Below, one piece after another: positions 13,132 through 26,562 of a stretch of 64,000 nucleotides of DNA. The stretch is from Klebsormidium nitens (Eukaryota; Plantae; Klebsormidiophyceae): assembly GCA_000708835.1 (NCBI GenBank), contig DF237104.1:103101-167100 (forward strand), read 5' to 3'. The notes below the pieces were generated by a model. It did no database searches. It was not told the origin of the DNA and saw nothing but the letters and a program-made list of their open reading frames with translations. The stretch's first letter is position 1. Each line of letters opens with the position of its first letter. Made by a program: the position numbers and the translations under genes.

Positions 13132-13744
13132 TCTTCTGCTGACGAACCCCTAGAACGCTATTAGAACTCCGAGAAGTTGAACACTCCAATGCGGGGATGC
13201 GCGGCAGCTGAATGTAGCTGTTAATGATGTCTGCTTTTTTAGCTGTTGATGCTGCTGGGTGCCGATAATGGGCAGAGCGCAAACTGATACCAAGGATGAG
13301 ACAGTGTTTGTTAAAACCAGAACTGTGAGATGAATGGGTCTTTCATTGGATGCTAGGAACTGGTGAGAAAATCTGGCAGAAGGGGCTACTGTATGTATTG
13401 AGGAAGGAAGAATCTGGTTCACTTAGCGAAGATGGAAGCTTACTTTTATCCAACTTCAGGACATGCGCACATATGATCATCTTTTCAGGCCGGCAGCCCG
13501 AAGAGTCAGGAACGCCTGCCAACCAATGGACTTTGAAGACTTGCTTCCGTGAAATGCCGTTCGCCAGCGGTCGTCATGTGGATCGTGATGATCCCTCGCG
13601 CGGCATTCAAGTTTTGCCAGGTCATGCAACTCAAGTGCGAGTGTCGTCATTGCGGAAAGAGGACAACTGTACGGAAAATAAATTAGGTATGCGACTTTTG
13701 GAAATCATATACAGTTTTGGCAGCTGATCAGAAGAAACATAATT

Positions 13745-13920
13745 CTCAAGAAAGATAATAGTAAGCCAAGATAATAGTAAGCTCCGACTAACACTAAAAA
13801 CCCTAACCTATAAGGAAACACCCGCTCCGCACCCGTACCCACCCTAACCACCACCCTAACCCTACCCGTCACAGTGCGGTTACCTTACAATTATCTGGGC
13901 TTACTATTATTTTTCTTGAG
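13745..13920 (+). mobile_element. MITE-like element, copy 2 (between the hemerythrin genes)
   Basis: 23-bp TIR with 1 mismatch: CTCAAGAAAGATAATAGTAAGCC / GGCTTACTATTATTTTTCTTGAG; internal ACCCTAAC repeats. Confidence 0.85.
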
Positions 13921-15012
13921 TTTCATAGAAACAGCTTGATCGGGATTCAGCTGTTTCTTTGTGACCGGAAGAAGCTTTCAACTTCCAAGGGACCGGTCAC
14001 CGATCTCGACACTTTCGTTCAAATTACTTCTGGATTCAATCATTGCACAAAGCACACCCCAGCTGATGACCAGACTTCAGAGTCTCCGACCACACTGCCG
14101 AATACAGTGTCAATAATTACACTAGGATCAGCAGACGAGTCCTAACACTCACAGCCGCCGGGAAAGAAAGTGCTGCTTCCGCGAAGCCTCCCCAAGAGTC
14201 AAGGCCGAAACACCGAAAAAGAAACCATTGCAGACAGCAGCTCAGATGATTCTAGACAGCTGAGCTATAGAAACTGATAGTGTGAAGCCATGTGGGTTGA
14301 ACATCTTGGGCACCCATTGACACTGGATCTTGAACCGTTGACCCATGCACTGGTCCGCTACTTCTAATGATTGCTCGGCCGGCATCCTTCTCTGTACGGC
14401 ACAGCCAGGCCCTCAAGCTCTTCCGACCCGTCTACTTGCTACAGTTGTCAAACTTTTCAGCGCGACAACTTTGCACAGTTCCCAACACAACGTCTAGCAG
14501 TACGCTCGGGAGGAGGTGCTGACTTCCAAGCGGACGAGTCACGATCACGGACTAGCAGAGCATTTACTTTTCAATGTGAGATGATTGCGCATCCTTCTAA
14601 GTTCTAGGCTATTCATGCAGTCGGCTAGCTTTTGCCCCGCTCCTTCCCCGGTCACTGCCCGCTGTCATCTTCATCGTATGAGCTACGGTAGGGGATAGGT
14701 AGCTGTCGCATTGGGTCCACGTACTTCTGGCTCTCTGTCCTCTAGCACATCATAAAAGGCTCCGGCTCTTGTGCCAGTCTGCAAACAAACTGAGCTCCGT
14801 AGGTACGTCTCCTCGAACTCTAACCCAAAGCCCGTAAACGTCCTTCCTCTCCCTTCACTCTCTCCAGAATAAGCTTCAAAAGGCAAGTGTCTTCGCTCGG
14901 CTCTCAGCAACCTCGGCATCCCGGGGGCTTCCCGCATTCAGCCTGAGCAAAGCTAATTCCACTCCCTGAAACCAATCCTCGACCCAGGCTTTCAAAGCAC
15001 CGCTCGAAAAGG

Positions 15013-17650
15013 ATGGCGCCCCCCAAGGACGTGCCTGCGTTCGCTGGGCCCACCTCCACGGTGATCCCAGCCGTCAACCATTGGTCAGACGGGTCGTTGC
15101 TGGTAAGTTGGGCGCATCTGTGATGCCAGCTGCTTATAGTAGCTTGTCTGAAAAAGGCAATTTAGGATGCTACGATTGGTTGCATTCTTATCATTGCGCA
15201 CAGGTTCCTGTCGCTGGTATGACCTGCCTTGGGTAGCTCGCAAAGTTTGTTAAGCCTGGACCTGCCCAACTATGTGTTGAGCCTGAATCGCGTATGAGTC
15301 TATACATTTTCGAAACTGTTTGGTCTATTTAACAACAGCTCAAATGATCTTGCAGGTTGCTTAGCAGTCCCCCAAAAAACGAACACTTAAAGAAAGAGAT
15401 GGACTCCGATCAGGGTTCCCTGCTGCCTTTAAAATAGTAAGCAATTCAAAAGACTTGACCAGGAAGCTTACAGAAAGGCGTCTCTTGCAGGCCCCGCACG
15501 AGCCCATTCGCCACGACCTGGCGCGCATGGAGCGTCTGCTGCAGGCGCCCTTCTTTGATGGGACTCAGCCCTGGAAGGTCGCGGCCTTCTTCAAGTGGTA
15601 CAACGACTGGTTCTACTTTAATGTGAGAGCCCCCTTGGAGCTCATTTGTACTATTGAAGAGCTTCATGACTTCGCTTTGGCTCCTCTCATGCAAGCAGAA
15701 CAGGTTGCTTAGACTCTTAATGAGCCTCCGTTCTGGCCTGGTGTTTGAAACGATATTCATCAAACAGCAGCTTCGTCTATGGAGTAAAAGATAAAGGGCA
15801 GCTCAAAAATTGGCTGTCCCTTGATTGAAGTGTGCGGCAGTAGTTCTCAGCATGTCAATGGTGAGTCAATTTTAGAAAGACGTTTTTCAAACTCCAATAT
15901 CATGAAGACTGATCTGGCACGTGCGAGTATTGCTCACTCCCAGCACATACTTATAGTCAGTGACTTGACTCTGGTTAACTTTCTCCGAAACTGATGGAGT
16001 TCCAAGATCATTGCCACCCCAACCTCTTCACAGCCACCTTCTTAAACCGATATAGCTTCACTCGAGAACGTTACTCAAGCTAATCCCAGCCGGTACCCTG
16101 CTGACGTCCCATACTGCTAACCCCACAGGTCCACCACCACCACGACATCGAGGAGACCATCTTCTTCCCCGCCGTCAAGGCCCGTTGTGACGTCATCCCC
16201 GAGCGCATGGCCGCCGACCACGAGGGGCTTCTTCACATGCTGGACGAAATCCGGTCCATGGAAGCGCGTTTCAAGCCGCTCTCTTGCGGCGCCCCGGCAC
16301 CGTCACCCTCTGAGAGGCGACTTGCAGCAGAGGAGCTGCGGCAGAAGGTCGCCCACATGGCCGCGGAACTGCGGGAGCATATCGCGGAGGAGGAGCGGTT
16401 TTTCACACCCGTGATCAGGGAGAAGTTCACCAAGGAGGAGCATCAACAGGTAAGGAGCTTTGGTGGAGCCAAGGAATTGTGCCATTTCGAAGGAATTGAA
16501 TGTGAGGACTGGAATCTGAGAGTGCTGCTTGAACGATCGCCCTTCTGCCCATGTCCCTTGGACCACGTTCTAACCTAATCAGCACCCTCCAAAGTACTGG
16601 AGGGCTTCTCCCGAGCACTTCAAATACTCCTTCAATTCAACCTTTGCCTCAACCCCTTCGCAATTCACTCTGAGCATTGCCTTGTCGCCGCGGCAACTGA
16701 TCATCCTGGGCAAGAACCCCTCAATAACCCTCTCAACCTTCCCCCGACCGCTCCAACCCTCGTTTCTTAACCGCTGTTCCAGCTGGTGGGCCGGATCCTC
16801 CAGGCGGCGGGCCTGGGCGGAAACCTCCAACAATTTGATGTCCTTAACCCTCTCAACCTCCTCTAAAACTAGTTTATTAACCGCTGTTCCAGCTGGTGGC
16901 CCGGATCATTCAGGCGGCGGGCCTGAGCGGAAACGCCAAGTTGTGCCCTTGGATCGTCCACGCCATGTACCGCTGGGCGGGCAAAGACTACGTCGAGAAG
17001 GAGATGCGGGCGACCATGCCCCTGCCCATCAGATTCCTCCTCGACTACTTCTGGTGAGTGCACGAGCGTCCGAATCTACGTGCTTGGCGTCCGAACGCGC
17101 AATGGAACTGTCCGCATCAGCGTGCTTGGCGTCCGACTGTGCGGTTGGACTGTCCGAGGAGCTTTCTGTCCGAATGCACGCGTGTGGAAGCGAGGCCGAA
17201 CGTGCGAGGGACTTGTTAGCCAGGATGATAGATCTCCAACTGCTCTGTGAACTTGCCCGCTGTGTGTTCCAACATTTTTGCCAGCTGGCAAATCGGGGTG
17301 CTGCACTTCTTGCTCATTGAGTCCTGCAACATCAAAGTCGTCTCCTCACGCGAAAAGATACTTCGAAAGTCTGCGTTCACATGCTGCTTTTGCCTGGTTT
17401 GCAGTTCCACCAGCCACTTACACGGTGAAGTCTCCTGTCTTACTCATCAATCTTCCCACCGTATTCTCGAGGGGGGAACACGACGCACATGGGTAGCTCA
17501 AGAGGGACTGATCCGTTGTGCACCTTCTACAGGTATCCCAAGTATTTGAAGCAGGGCGTGGCGGGCCTGGACGTCTTGGAGTTCGAAGCGGACCCGAGCA
17601 CGAGTGCCGGCAAGTCGCTCAAGAGAATCCACTCCCTGAAGGCGAACTAG
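15013..17650 (+). CDS. Stand-alone hemerythrin/HHE cation-binding protein, paralog B, 5 exons, 273 aa
   Basis: Exons 15013-15102, 15491-15622, 16129-16449, 16893-17053, 17533-17650 (90/132/321/161/118 nt), phase-consistent. Same metal-ligand motifs as paralog A. Confidence 0.9.
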
Positions 17651-17709
17651 GTTGAGGGCGCACCGTCTGAGCTACGTGGTGCTGCGAGCTCGTGGGCACG
17701 TGCTAGCAT

Positions 17710-17765
17710 TATATTGTGATTATTTTGATTATTTTGATTACTATGATTATTTTATTATTAGTATC
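17710..17765. repeat. AT-rich simple repeat (GATTATTTT)n-like
   Basis: attatattgtgattattttgattattttgattactatgattattttattatta. Confidence 0.8.
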
Positions 17766-18992
17766 CGGCCAGGATGATAAATCCTGGTGGGCATTCAATG
17801 TTTTCGCGTAGGAGACCGCATGACCCGCATGCGGCGCTTGATTCCAAACCTTGAAATAATGGCAGATTGACGAATTTACGAAGCGTAGGTATATGTTATT
17901 TGATTTGTGGAGTAGGTAGATTAGATGTAAGGGTGCCATGGGCATGGCCGGCGGCCGCGGGTTATCTATAGGGACATAGTAACGGTCAATCGGTCCTTCT
18001 ACGCAAATCTCATAGGCTCTAGCTGATTATAAAAGAGTTCATAAGATACAAGGTGCACAAACTCACATGCGATATTTTATACGCGTTCACTATGCACGTG
18101 GCTTTCGTGTATGCTATTTCAGAGATTACCATGCAAATTGGCCATGCATGCTATAATCATGCACCTCAGCAACGACGATCAGCCGACACCATCTTCCATG
18201 CACAATGGACGCGCATGTACTTGATCCTGGCACATCTATCTTATAGCTTGAGCGAAGCTTATCCGATATGTGACAAGCACGCATAAATGACGGGCAAATA
18301 TACGTACGTGGCATGCAAAAGATGAGGGCCGATCGCAGACATCCCATCTGGCTTATTGCCATGCATAAGTACGTACTTGATCTGACGGCAGGGGCCGCTC
18401 AGCAGCTTTTAGACGCGGATGAATGCATATATACAGCCCGAGCATGCATGTGGATTATGCGACTTGGGTCGGAGGTTGGACGATTCTCAACCCGTGTAAA
18501 GATCGGTGCAGCTTGCAAGCACTGCAGCTAGACGTACAGACCTGCAAGCTTGCAGTCTGTATTCGCATCCTCAGATCGATTCAGGCTGAATGCCGGTTGA
18601 AGAGGAACGCGGCACTGAGCTGGCCGATGTACTGGACAAGCCGTCTTGAATGACTTTACCAACGGAACCCGTAGGAACCTCTGTGCTGTGTTACCAAAAA
18701 GCTCCTCAAAGAGCGACCTCACGATCAGTTCGCTTTTGTTGCCAAACCGGACGGCCCTGACAGGACACAGCAAGTGGCAAGAATTCAAATCCGATCATCA
18801 CCGCAAAGTAATGTAGCTCACGATTTGATAGACTACGTTACAAAACGTACTCAGCACATCGCTGTCCTAGCTTCTCTGCAATGTATCATACCGCTACGCA
18901 GTTGACTCGTCCGCGCAATGCCGCCTAAACGCACTGAGAGCTGACGTCACGGGAGCCGTTCGCCCCCGATTGTCAGCGGGTTTCTCATATAG

Positions 18993-21900
18993 TTACGTGC
19001 CCTCGACTCGGATGTTCAAAAACAGCTCAATTCGACGTCCGAGTATTTCACCGAGCTCCTCCCGAGCCCCCAGAGTAATCTGCCTGCACGTCAGCAATCA
19101 AACCGGCGGTCAGGCCCGCTGGTTTACGAAGAAACTGACTGAGCTTCTGTTCGCCGTTTAACCTTCGTTCTGGGACCATGTCGTCCTAAAAAGGTCCGGA
19201 CTAAATAAGACGACAAGCCGACTGTTCCGCGAAAAAAGGTGAACGGAAAGGTAAGCGCAGAAAGGGACGGGGCGCAAACGGCTTGGTGTTTCGATCAAAT
19301 CCCTCGCTTGACTTATCGTGGAAACGGCTGGTCGCCATCAAAGGTGTCGCTCTGTGGTATCTCGAACAAAAGGTACGCAAGTCTCGGCGACGAACGATGT
19401 ACGTTCAGAGGACCAAACAAGGGCTCCAATTGACAACCTGAACTGAGGAAAAGAAAAGGGCGGTGCATTGAGGAGAGACCGACACAAGGAGGACAGTCGA
19501 GAGGGTCACAAAAAGAGAAGGAAGATAGCACCAGAACCCAAAAATCAACCGATGCCCCCCGGAAGGTTCATTTCATTGGAGCCCCCCCGCCCGCCAAGAT
19601 CGACTCGATCTTCCTCCTCTTGATCATCAATCTCTCAAGCGGAAACAAACTTTGATTTCAGACAAACAGGGAGGTAAGCGGACCCAAAAAGTCGCTCCTC
19701 GATGCCACCCCCTCTGCCCGCCGCCATTACTCTCCGACTTTATCGCAGAAAGCAAAGACACCTCCACACCGCAAGCACGTCTAGCGATCAGTGACGCAAC
19801 CGGAGACTTGCTGTATTGCAGCCCCCCCCTTTGCCCACCTCCATCGCTTCGATCTTCTTCCGGTCCACGATCCGTCCCCAAAGAAAGGAATTGAACGCTT
19901 ATATTAGCGTACTGACAATTCGCGACCCCTCCTGAGCCCTTCATCGCCCTCATTTTCCTCCTTTGTCACACTTACTCCCCCCCGTTCTTAAACCGTTCTA
20001 CAACCGTCTAGACAAACGGTAAAGCAACCAAAGTGAGCAGCAACCAGAGACTTACTTTATTGTAGCCCCCTTCTTGCCGACCACCATCGCTTTGATCTTC
20101 TTCCGGTCGACGATCAGGTCCTGCCGGATCTCCAGCACGCCGTCACCGGATTCCGCCCAACCCACCGGCTTAACCACCACCTGGTACAAGAAGTGGTTCA
20201 CTTTACTTTCTTAAACAATTGTACGTAAACACCCCATTTTAGCGTGGTTTCCCGTTCCTTCCCGTGTTTACGGTCAGAATGCGTATCTCTGCAATTCCTC
20301 GGGTTATCTGTCCCTGCCGGGAGGGGCTCGATGCTCATCATATGCTGTTTCCGTCAAACTTGCCATCGAACTTCCAAATGGCTCCTGATCTTAGACCTTA
20401 CGAAGCCTAGTCACTGCCATCCTTCGGCTCAAAATTGCGGACCACAACTCAGAACTTGCAAAACTGCAGTGGCAGGTTTGACGCGTACAGCTGAAGCAAC
20501 AGCAGGGGTAGGATTGCCAGCCTGGGATGGTAGGGTTGGTTCGGGTTCAGGTTCGGTACGGGTGCGGAGCAGGTGACTTCATAAGTTAGGTATCGGGCCT
20601 ACACTTATTTTAAGAGTCATTAGAAGTCATATAAACCTGAATTTGCGACGACTTACCTTGTACGGAATCTCTTTGTGCAGCCGGTCCAGCAGGTGCTGCC
20701 GGACGATGTCCATCGCGCGCTGCTCGTCCGAAAGGTCCGTCGGACGGCCCTCGGGCAGCTCCCAGGGCCGCAGCACGGCCTGCAGGCAAGAAAAGATTCT
20801 TATCAATCATTAAGAACAGAGAGCATCATTGCCATATGAATGTACTGATGTCATTGGATCTTTAACAGTCCATTTCGTAATTCTGGATCTGGGAGCTCTA
20901 TCTAAGGAGTACCATTTCGACATCATAACGTGCTTTCTCATTCAAGATTTGATGTTTGAGTTTGCAACCCTCCTCTTTTCCTTCTGCTTTATGTTCAGCA
21001 GGATAACCGAGGGTGTGCTTTCCGTTCGATTATGTAACTCCGCGAAGCGGTTGAAAAAAGTCGCGTGACCCTTCCGCTCGTCTCTGGACGCAAAGAGACC
21101 GCACTGTCTCTAACAGCAGCGATTCTGAGGCACAGCAAGTTGCAAAACGAGCAACTTTACTGGAAACCCTTTGCGTCCCTCAAAAGCTGGCACGTACGGA
21201 TACCTCTCAAGGAAACGAGAAGCCATCCCTACGTCCGAGTAAAGTCAGGAATGCTCCTTGAAGCGACTGTCGTATGCTTCCAGACAAGCAACTCACGTTC
21301 TTTCGGAGGTAGCGGTACAGCTGCTTGAGCCCCAGCCCGCGCTTCCCTGACGTCACGAAGCACCTGCACAAAGAGTGGTACACGTCAGCAAACCTCCCCC
21401 AATCTTTCCTTTTCTTCGGGTGAATTCGCCGATCCGATCCGATCCGATCGCCGGCCGAGCTTACGTATGATCGAACAGCAACTCTCACAAACGGCTTACT
21501 ATAAACTCGCCTTAACCCACTCTCACCGTCCTTCGACTGCTACCAAAAGTCAATTCACCTCACTGCATCATAGCCCTACCTCGTCCCAACCCTCCCCTTA
21601 ACTTCGTTCGTGACCAATTTGCTTTTAGCCTGTTAAACAAGTGCAGCGTCATCAAAGCTCGCGCAGCTCCTCCACTTCGGACAGTCCGCACCGGACGACG
21701 TTTCGTCTTAAGCCTCAGCCTGAATTCGCCTCACAACCTTCCCCTAATCGCGGCCATAACCGCCCTGCTTACCTGTCAAAGGCGTGCAGCGCCGTCAAAA
21801 GCTCGCGCAGCTTCCAGTCTCCGACGGTCCGCACATCCCGTGTCGTCCACCTAACCGGTTTGCAAACCTCACCCAAACTTTGTTTTTAAACCTCAACGTC

Positions 21901-24900
21901 ACCCTCCTGCTTACCTGTCAAACGCGTGCAGCATCATCAGCCGCTCGCACAGCTCCTCCAGTTTCGGACGGTCCGCACGCCCGACGGCGTCCACCTTGTT
22001 CAGCACAAGCGCGTGCTTCTGACCGGTCGGCAACTGCTCGCCTAGCTTGGCAATCATGCGAGGGATCCGCGGATCCGGCCTGCGTTAACACAATTCGGAC
22101 GGTCAAAATCTGGGCGCATAAGTAAAGCCGTCAGACGGTCTATGATCACTTCGACCTACATTTGAACCGTCCGCATAGAGAGTTTGGACCGTCCGGAAAT
22201 AGCTCGCCAGCTTGGCAACCATAAGCGGTATTCATGGATCAAGCCTGCCAAGGTCCGGACGGTCCGCAACTACTGCACTTGTAATCGGACCGTTCGCAAA
22301 GAGAAAGCAAAATTTGGACCGTTGACAGAGCTTGTCAGATTGCCCTTCAGTGAGACAAGCTCGGGTCCAGTGGCAAAACAGGGAGGGTTTGGGCAGTCTA
22401 GCGCGCACTTGATAGAAAGAATCAAATACCGGACCGTCCACAACAAAGAGACATCTCCCGTGCCACTCGTTACAGAATATTCCCTCAGCTTTCTTTTTCC
22501 ATGCTCGTCGACCACGACAACGACGGGACGGCAGTCCACCTCCGCTCTTTGCGCCCACTTCGCTCTCACCCCTCTGCGCTTTTTACACTTTCCTAAAAAC
22601 CAAACATACTGAGACAAAAACAATAGGCTCAGCTGAATCCCAAAGTCCTGACTTCCAGAACCTTTGTTTCTCTCCTCTCGGTTTTCCCGCGCGACGTCGA
22701 TCACAACAATGACGACATCGCAGTCCACGCCCGCCCTCTGCGGCGGATTCACCAGCTGTTGGTTCGTGGTGACCTTGTCAAAAACCAAGAAAAAATTACA
22801 ACAATATTCACATTCCATCAAACAGAACAGGCTTGATAGCATCACTATCCCTCATATTCCGGAGTTCCTCACCTCTCAATCTCCCGCGCAACGTCGATCA
22901 CGACAATGACGACATCACAGTCCGCCCCCGCCCTCTGCGCTCGGTTGACCAGCTGCTGGTTCGTGCTGCGCAGCTCACGCCCCGGGGCCAGGCTGGCGAG
23001 CCCCGGGGTGTCGCAGACGACGAGCTGCGTCGTGCGGTGCGTCGAGACGCCGATGATCGGCGCGCGCGTCGTGTTGGTCTTGGCGGACACGGCGGACACC
23101 TTGGTGCCGACCTGTCCGAAAAGGAGGGGGTTAGTATCCGAAAAGTGAGACTTTGGTCCAGATTTTTGAATCAGTGTGGCACTCGACCAGCTGCGTCGAG
23201 CCGTGCACCGAGACGCCAACAATGGGGGCACGCGTCGTGTTGCTTTTAGCGGACACGGAGAACACCTTGGTGCCGGCCTGTCCGAATGGGAGGGGCATAA
23301 GTGTCCGAAAGGTCGAAACCTGGTCCAAATTGCGGAACAGTGTCGCAAACGACTAGCTGGAGGAGCGGTGCGTCGAGACGCCGATGATCGGCGCGCGCGT
23401 TGTGTTGGTCTTGGCGGACACGGCGGACACCTTGGTGCCGACTTGTGTCCAAAGAGAGGGGAATAGCGTCCAGAAACGAGGGCTTGGATTCCGGAAATGG
23501 GAACTTGCAAGTCCATAACGGGGGTACTGAAGACCAAGAACGAAAGATTTCGTCCGAATGAGGAAATTGTCGACTGGAAACGTGTGGATTGTTGTCCGAA
23601 AAGGACGGATTGTAGTCCGAAAACGAGGGGATCTGCTATCCAAGAGCGAGGGGTTTGTTTTGAGAAAGCAGTGGGATGGAGGTCCGGAAACAAGAAGACT
23701 TATGCCCCAAACGGGGAACCTGACGTTCGGGAACGAGACGACCAATCCGCAAACGATGGGACGGATCGTCCGGGAAGTACAGGTGGTGTACCGATTTTCT
23801 ACGTCAGAGCGTATGAACGACAGATCTACACGTGCTTCTCCAGACCAGTGCTCCGAAACGCTGATGGTGGCACGCAAACTTTGATGGTCTTTCGTTATTA
23901 CAAAACCTACTTTGGAGCGATTGAGGGGTTTGCCGCCCAAATGGCAGGCTCTTGTCGTCCGAGAAGGAACGGAGCCGTGCAAGTTCGCACGTAAGTCAAA
24001 CTGCTTCGTGCCTTCTTTCGAGGAGAACATCCTAGAATCCTAAGCACTCAGGATCCTAGAACCCTTAGGGCAGCCGACCTGGGCCAAAGACGGGCAGGTG
24101 GCTGCAGTCCCTGATTATGTCTTGTAAGTTCTGCGGCGGAGATTCTTGTCAAAGATGAGGGGTTCATCCAAACCAATCAACATCTAATATAAAAGCCCTC
24201 TCATGAGATTGTGTGGCGAGGCCACTCTGATAAGACCATGTTGGATTAAGGGGGTTGACCTCAATCTTTCACCCAGTTGATGTGTGTTAAGATGAAAAAA
24301 GATTGTGAGCTGTCTCACAAAACTGAATACGTTGATTAAGCGCAACCTGACCTTTGCAGCCTCAATTTGACTCTAGTTGCGTTTGTGAGATGTGAGATGT
24401 AGCTGTGAAGGCGTTAATTCCAACATTCCCTCCTCCTTCCCGATTCACTTCTTGTCGTAATTTCACCGCTCTTTTCAGCAATCTAAGTTTTCACTTTGCC
24501 AATCAATAACGCGACTTACCAGGGCATTCGTGAGCACCGACTTCCCCGCATTTGGTGGCCCCATAATTGCCAGTCTCAGCGACTTCTGCTTTTCCACGGG
24601 AACTGACGCCGAGCCCTGCCGCTCCTCCTTTTCTTCCTCCTCCAGTTCTCCCTCGCCCTGCCTGTCCAACTGAGTCAGCCACGTCCGAAGCTCCTCAAGG
24701 TCCGGAACGCGTTCAGACGCGTCCGAGTCGTCCAGAAAGCGATCTGAGCCGTCCGAATCTTCTGAGAGGCGTGCTGAAACGTCTGACCTTCCCAATTGGC
24801 GCTCTGAAAGGTCGCGTGTTGGCGCATTATCCATTACCCGAGCGTCTGTTTCTTCTAGCGTTTCTAAACTTCGGTTATCCTCACTAGCTGCTTCACCTGA

Positions 24901-26151
24901 ACGTGCGGAAGAGCTTCGTGTCTGAATGTCAGTGCTTTTTTGCTGGGTCAGCTGATCCGATTCTGCCCCCCAAGGGCTCGTTCCGTCTGCACTGGATATT
25001 CTTGCTCTGCTCCCGGTTGACTGGGCTTCTTCCTCAATCCTAACAGCACCCGACAACCTCCCCGCAAAATCCCTCCCCTCCCCCTCAAAAGAGTCAAGCC
25101 CTCTCTCAGAAGTACTCGCTTCTTGACAGCTGCTGTCCAATCGGTTGCCGCTTTCCAAACCTTGCTCAGAGAACACCCCCGGCACTGTCTGAGACTCCTC
25201 TTGTACAGCTTCTCCCACCGATCGCCCTATCGCACCAGTCTGAATGCCATCAGTCGTACCTCGGACACTCTCAGCGATGTCCTGGGCGCCATCTACACTC
25301 TCTTGCTCTGCAGCAGACTGTCTGAAACCTTCGTCGACGTCAGGAGCCACTTCGTTCCACAGGTCGCCTGTCAGAGCCGCCCCTTGCCGCACCTGAAACC
25401 GTCCGCTCCAAGGGGCCTCTTTGTGCACCCCAAACCCGAGCCGCCGCGGTTGTGTCCCGCCCCCTAGTTGCCCCCCTTGCCTTCTCACAGAGCTCTCCCT
25501 TGTTGTTGCTACTCCAGCCTTCGCCCCGTCAGGTTTTGGTCGAGCTTTTACTCCACCTGCATTAAGTTGAAATTTTTCCCTTTTAACGAGCTTTGACTGC
25601 ACTTCCGCCTCACGCTTTGCTTCCGTAGCCCCCGTGCTTTTTAATCCCCCTGCCTTACCTGCAATTTGTTCTCCTTTCCGCCGCCCTTCATCGATGTGCG
25701 CTGCGTTCTTCCCCACCGCACGCGCCCTTGTCTCGACCACCCCCTTTTTCGCACTTTCCCGATTCTCCACTACAGCACCACCTTCTGCTCTCATAGCTTT
25801 TGGACCTCGCACCCGCTCATCGTTCCCAGTATGCCCCACCGATTCCCTCTCCCTTTCCGCCAACTCTTCCGCCCTCTGCAGAGCCCATCTAATTTCATCC
25901 GCCCCGAGCGCCGCACTCTCTTCCGACCTCAGCAGGGGGTTCCAACCCCACTCATCTTCGGCCCCCCTCCGCGCAGCTTTGTTCCTAAAGCCAAGCGCCG
26001 CCGAACCATGCAACGTCCTGCATTGGGAAAGCAGCTCGCCAACAAAGCCTGTGCTGCCGCACTCTAGCTTGCCTGCAGGCCAAGCTGCTGTCAAGAGGCC
26101 CTGTCTGGTGGACCCTGAGCGCAGCCAAGCCCAAAGGGGCCCCAGTGCCAT
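18993..26151 (-). CDS. era: GTPase Era (organellar Era/ERG-like) with long low-complexity N-terminal extension, 7 exons
   Basis: Exons 24520-26151, 22873-23111, 21915-22079, 21297-21363, 20657-20779, 20056-20180, 18993-19083. G1 GPPNAGKS, G2 KTNTTR, G3 DTPG, G4 NKVD, G5 VTSG; KH domain HKEIPY...VVGKKGATIK...AREELGEILGRRIELFLNIRV. The start codon is taken from the ORF track and is uncertain. Confidence 0.93.
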
Positions 26152-26562
26152 CCTGAGGAGTGTACGCTCACCGCTCAGCCTGCCTGCAGGAAGCCAAATC
26201 CCAGCATTGTCAATGCCAACAAGCTCACTTTATCTTACAAACTTTCACAATGTTTTGACTGCGTCCATGATCACATCATGGAAGACCTCCTGAAGAGCAC
26301 CAGGCAAGCTACTAGGAGAGTCGCCTTGTTTTAGCCTTGCTCAACCGTTTCCTTTAAGCCTGTCTCTGTAACCGGTTCACGCCTTGCCAAAGGCGACTCG
26401 AAGGGGTTTACGTTTCGATCAAGGACTTCAAGGACGACTCAACCTGGTTTGCAAGGTTACAGCAAGCTAGTTGAAGATACCTACACTCGTGAGAGATCAG
26501 CAGGAGACATTCGCACCTGACCTTGTGCAGGTGACTTCAAGCACAGCCGCAGTGCTATCCTC

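Noticed and set aside
22270-24030. Apparent second and third copies of Era G2/G3 regions as separate genes
   Set aside because: They are truncated intronic echoes with stops or altered splice sites.
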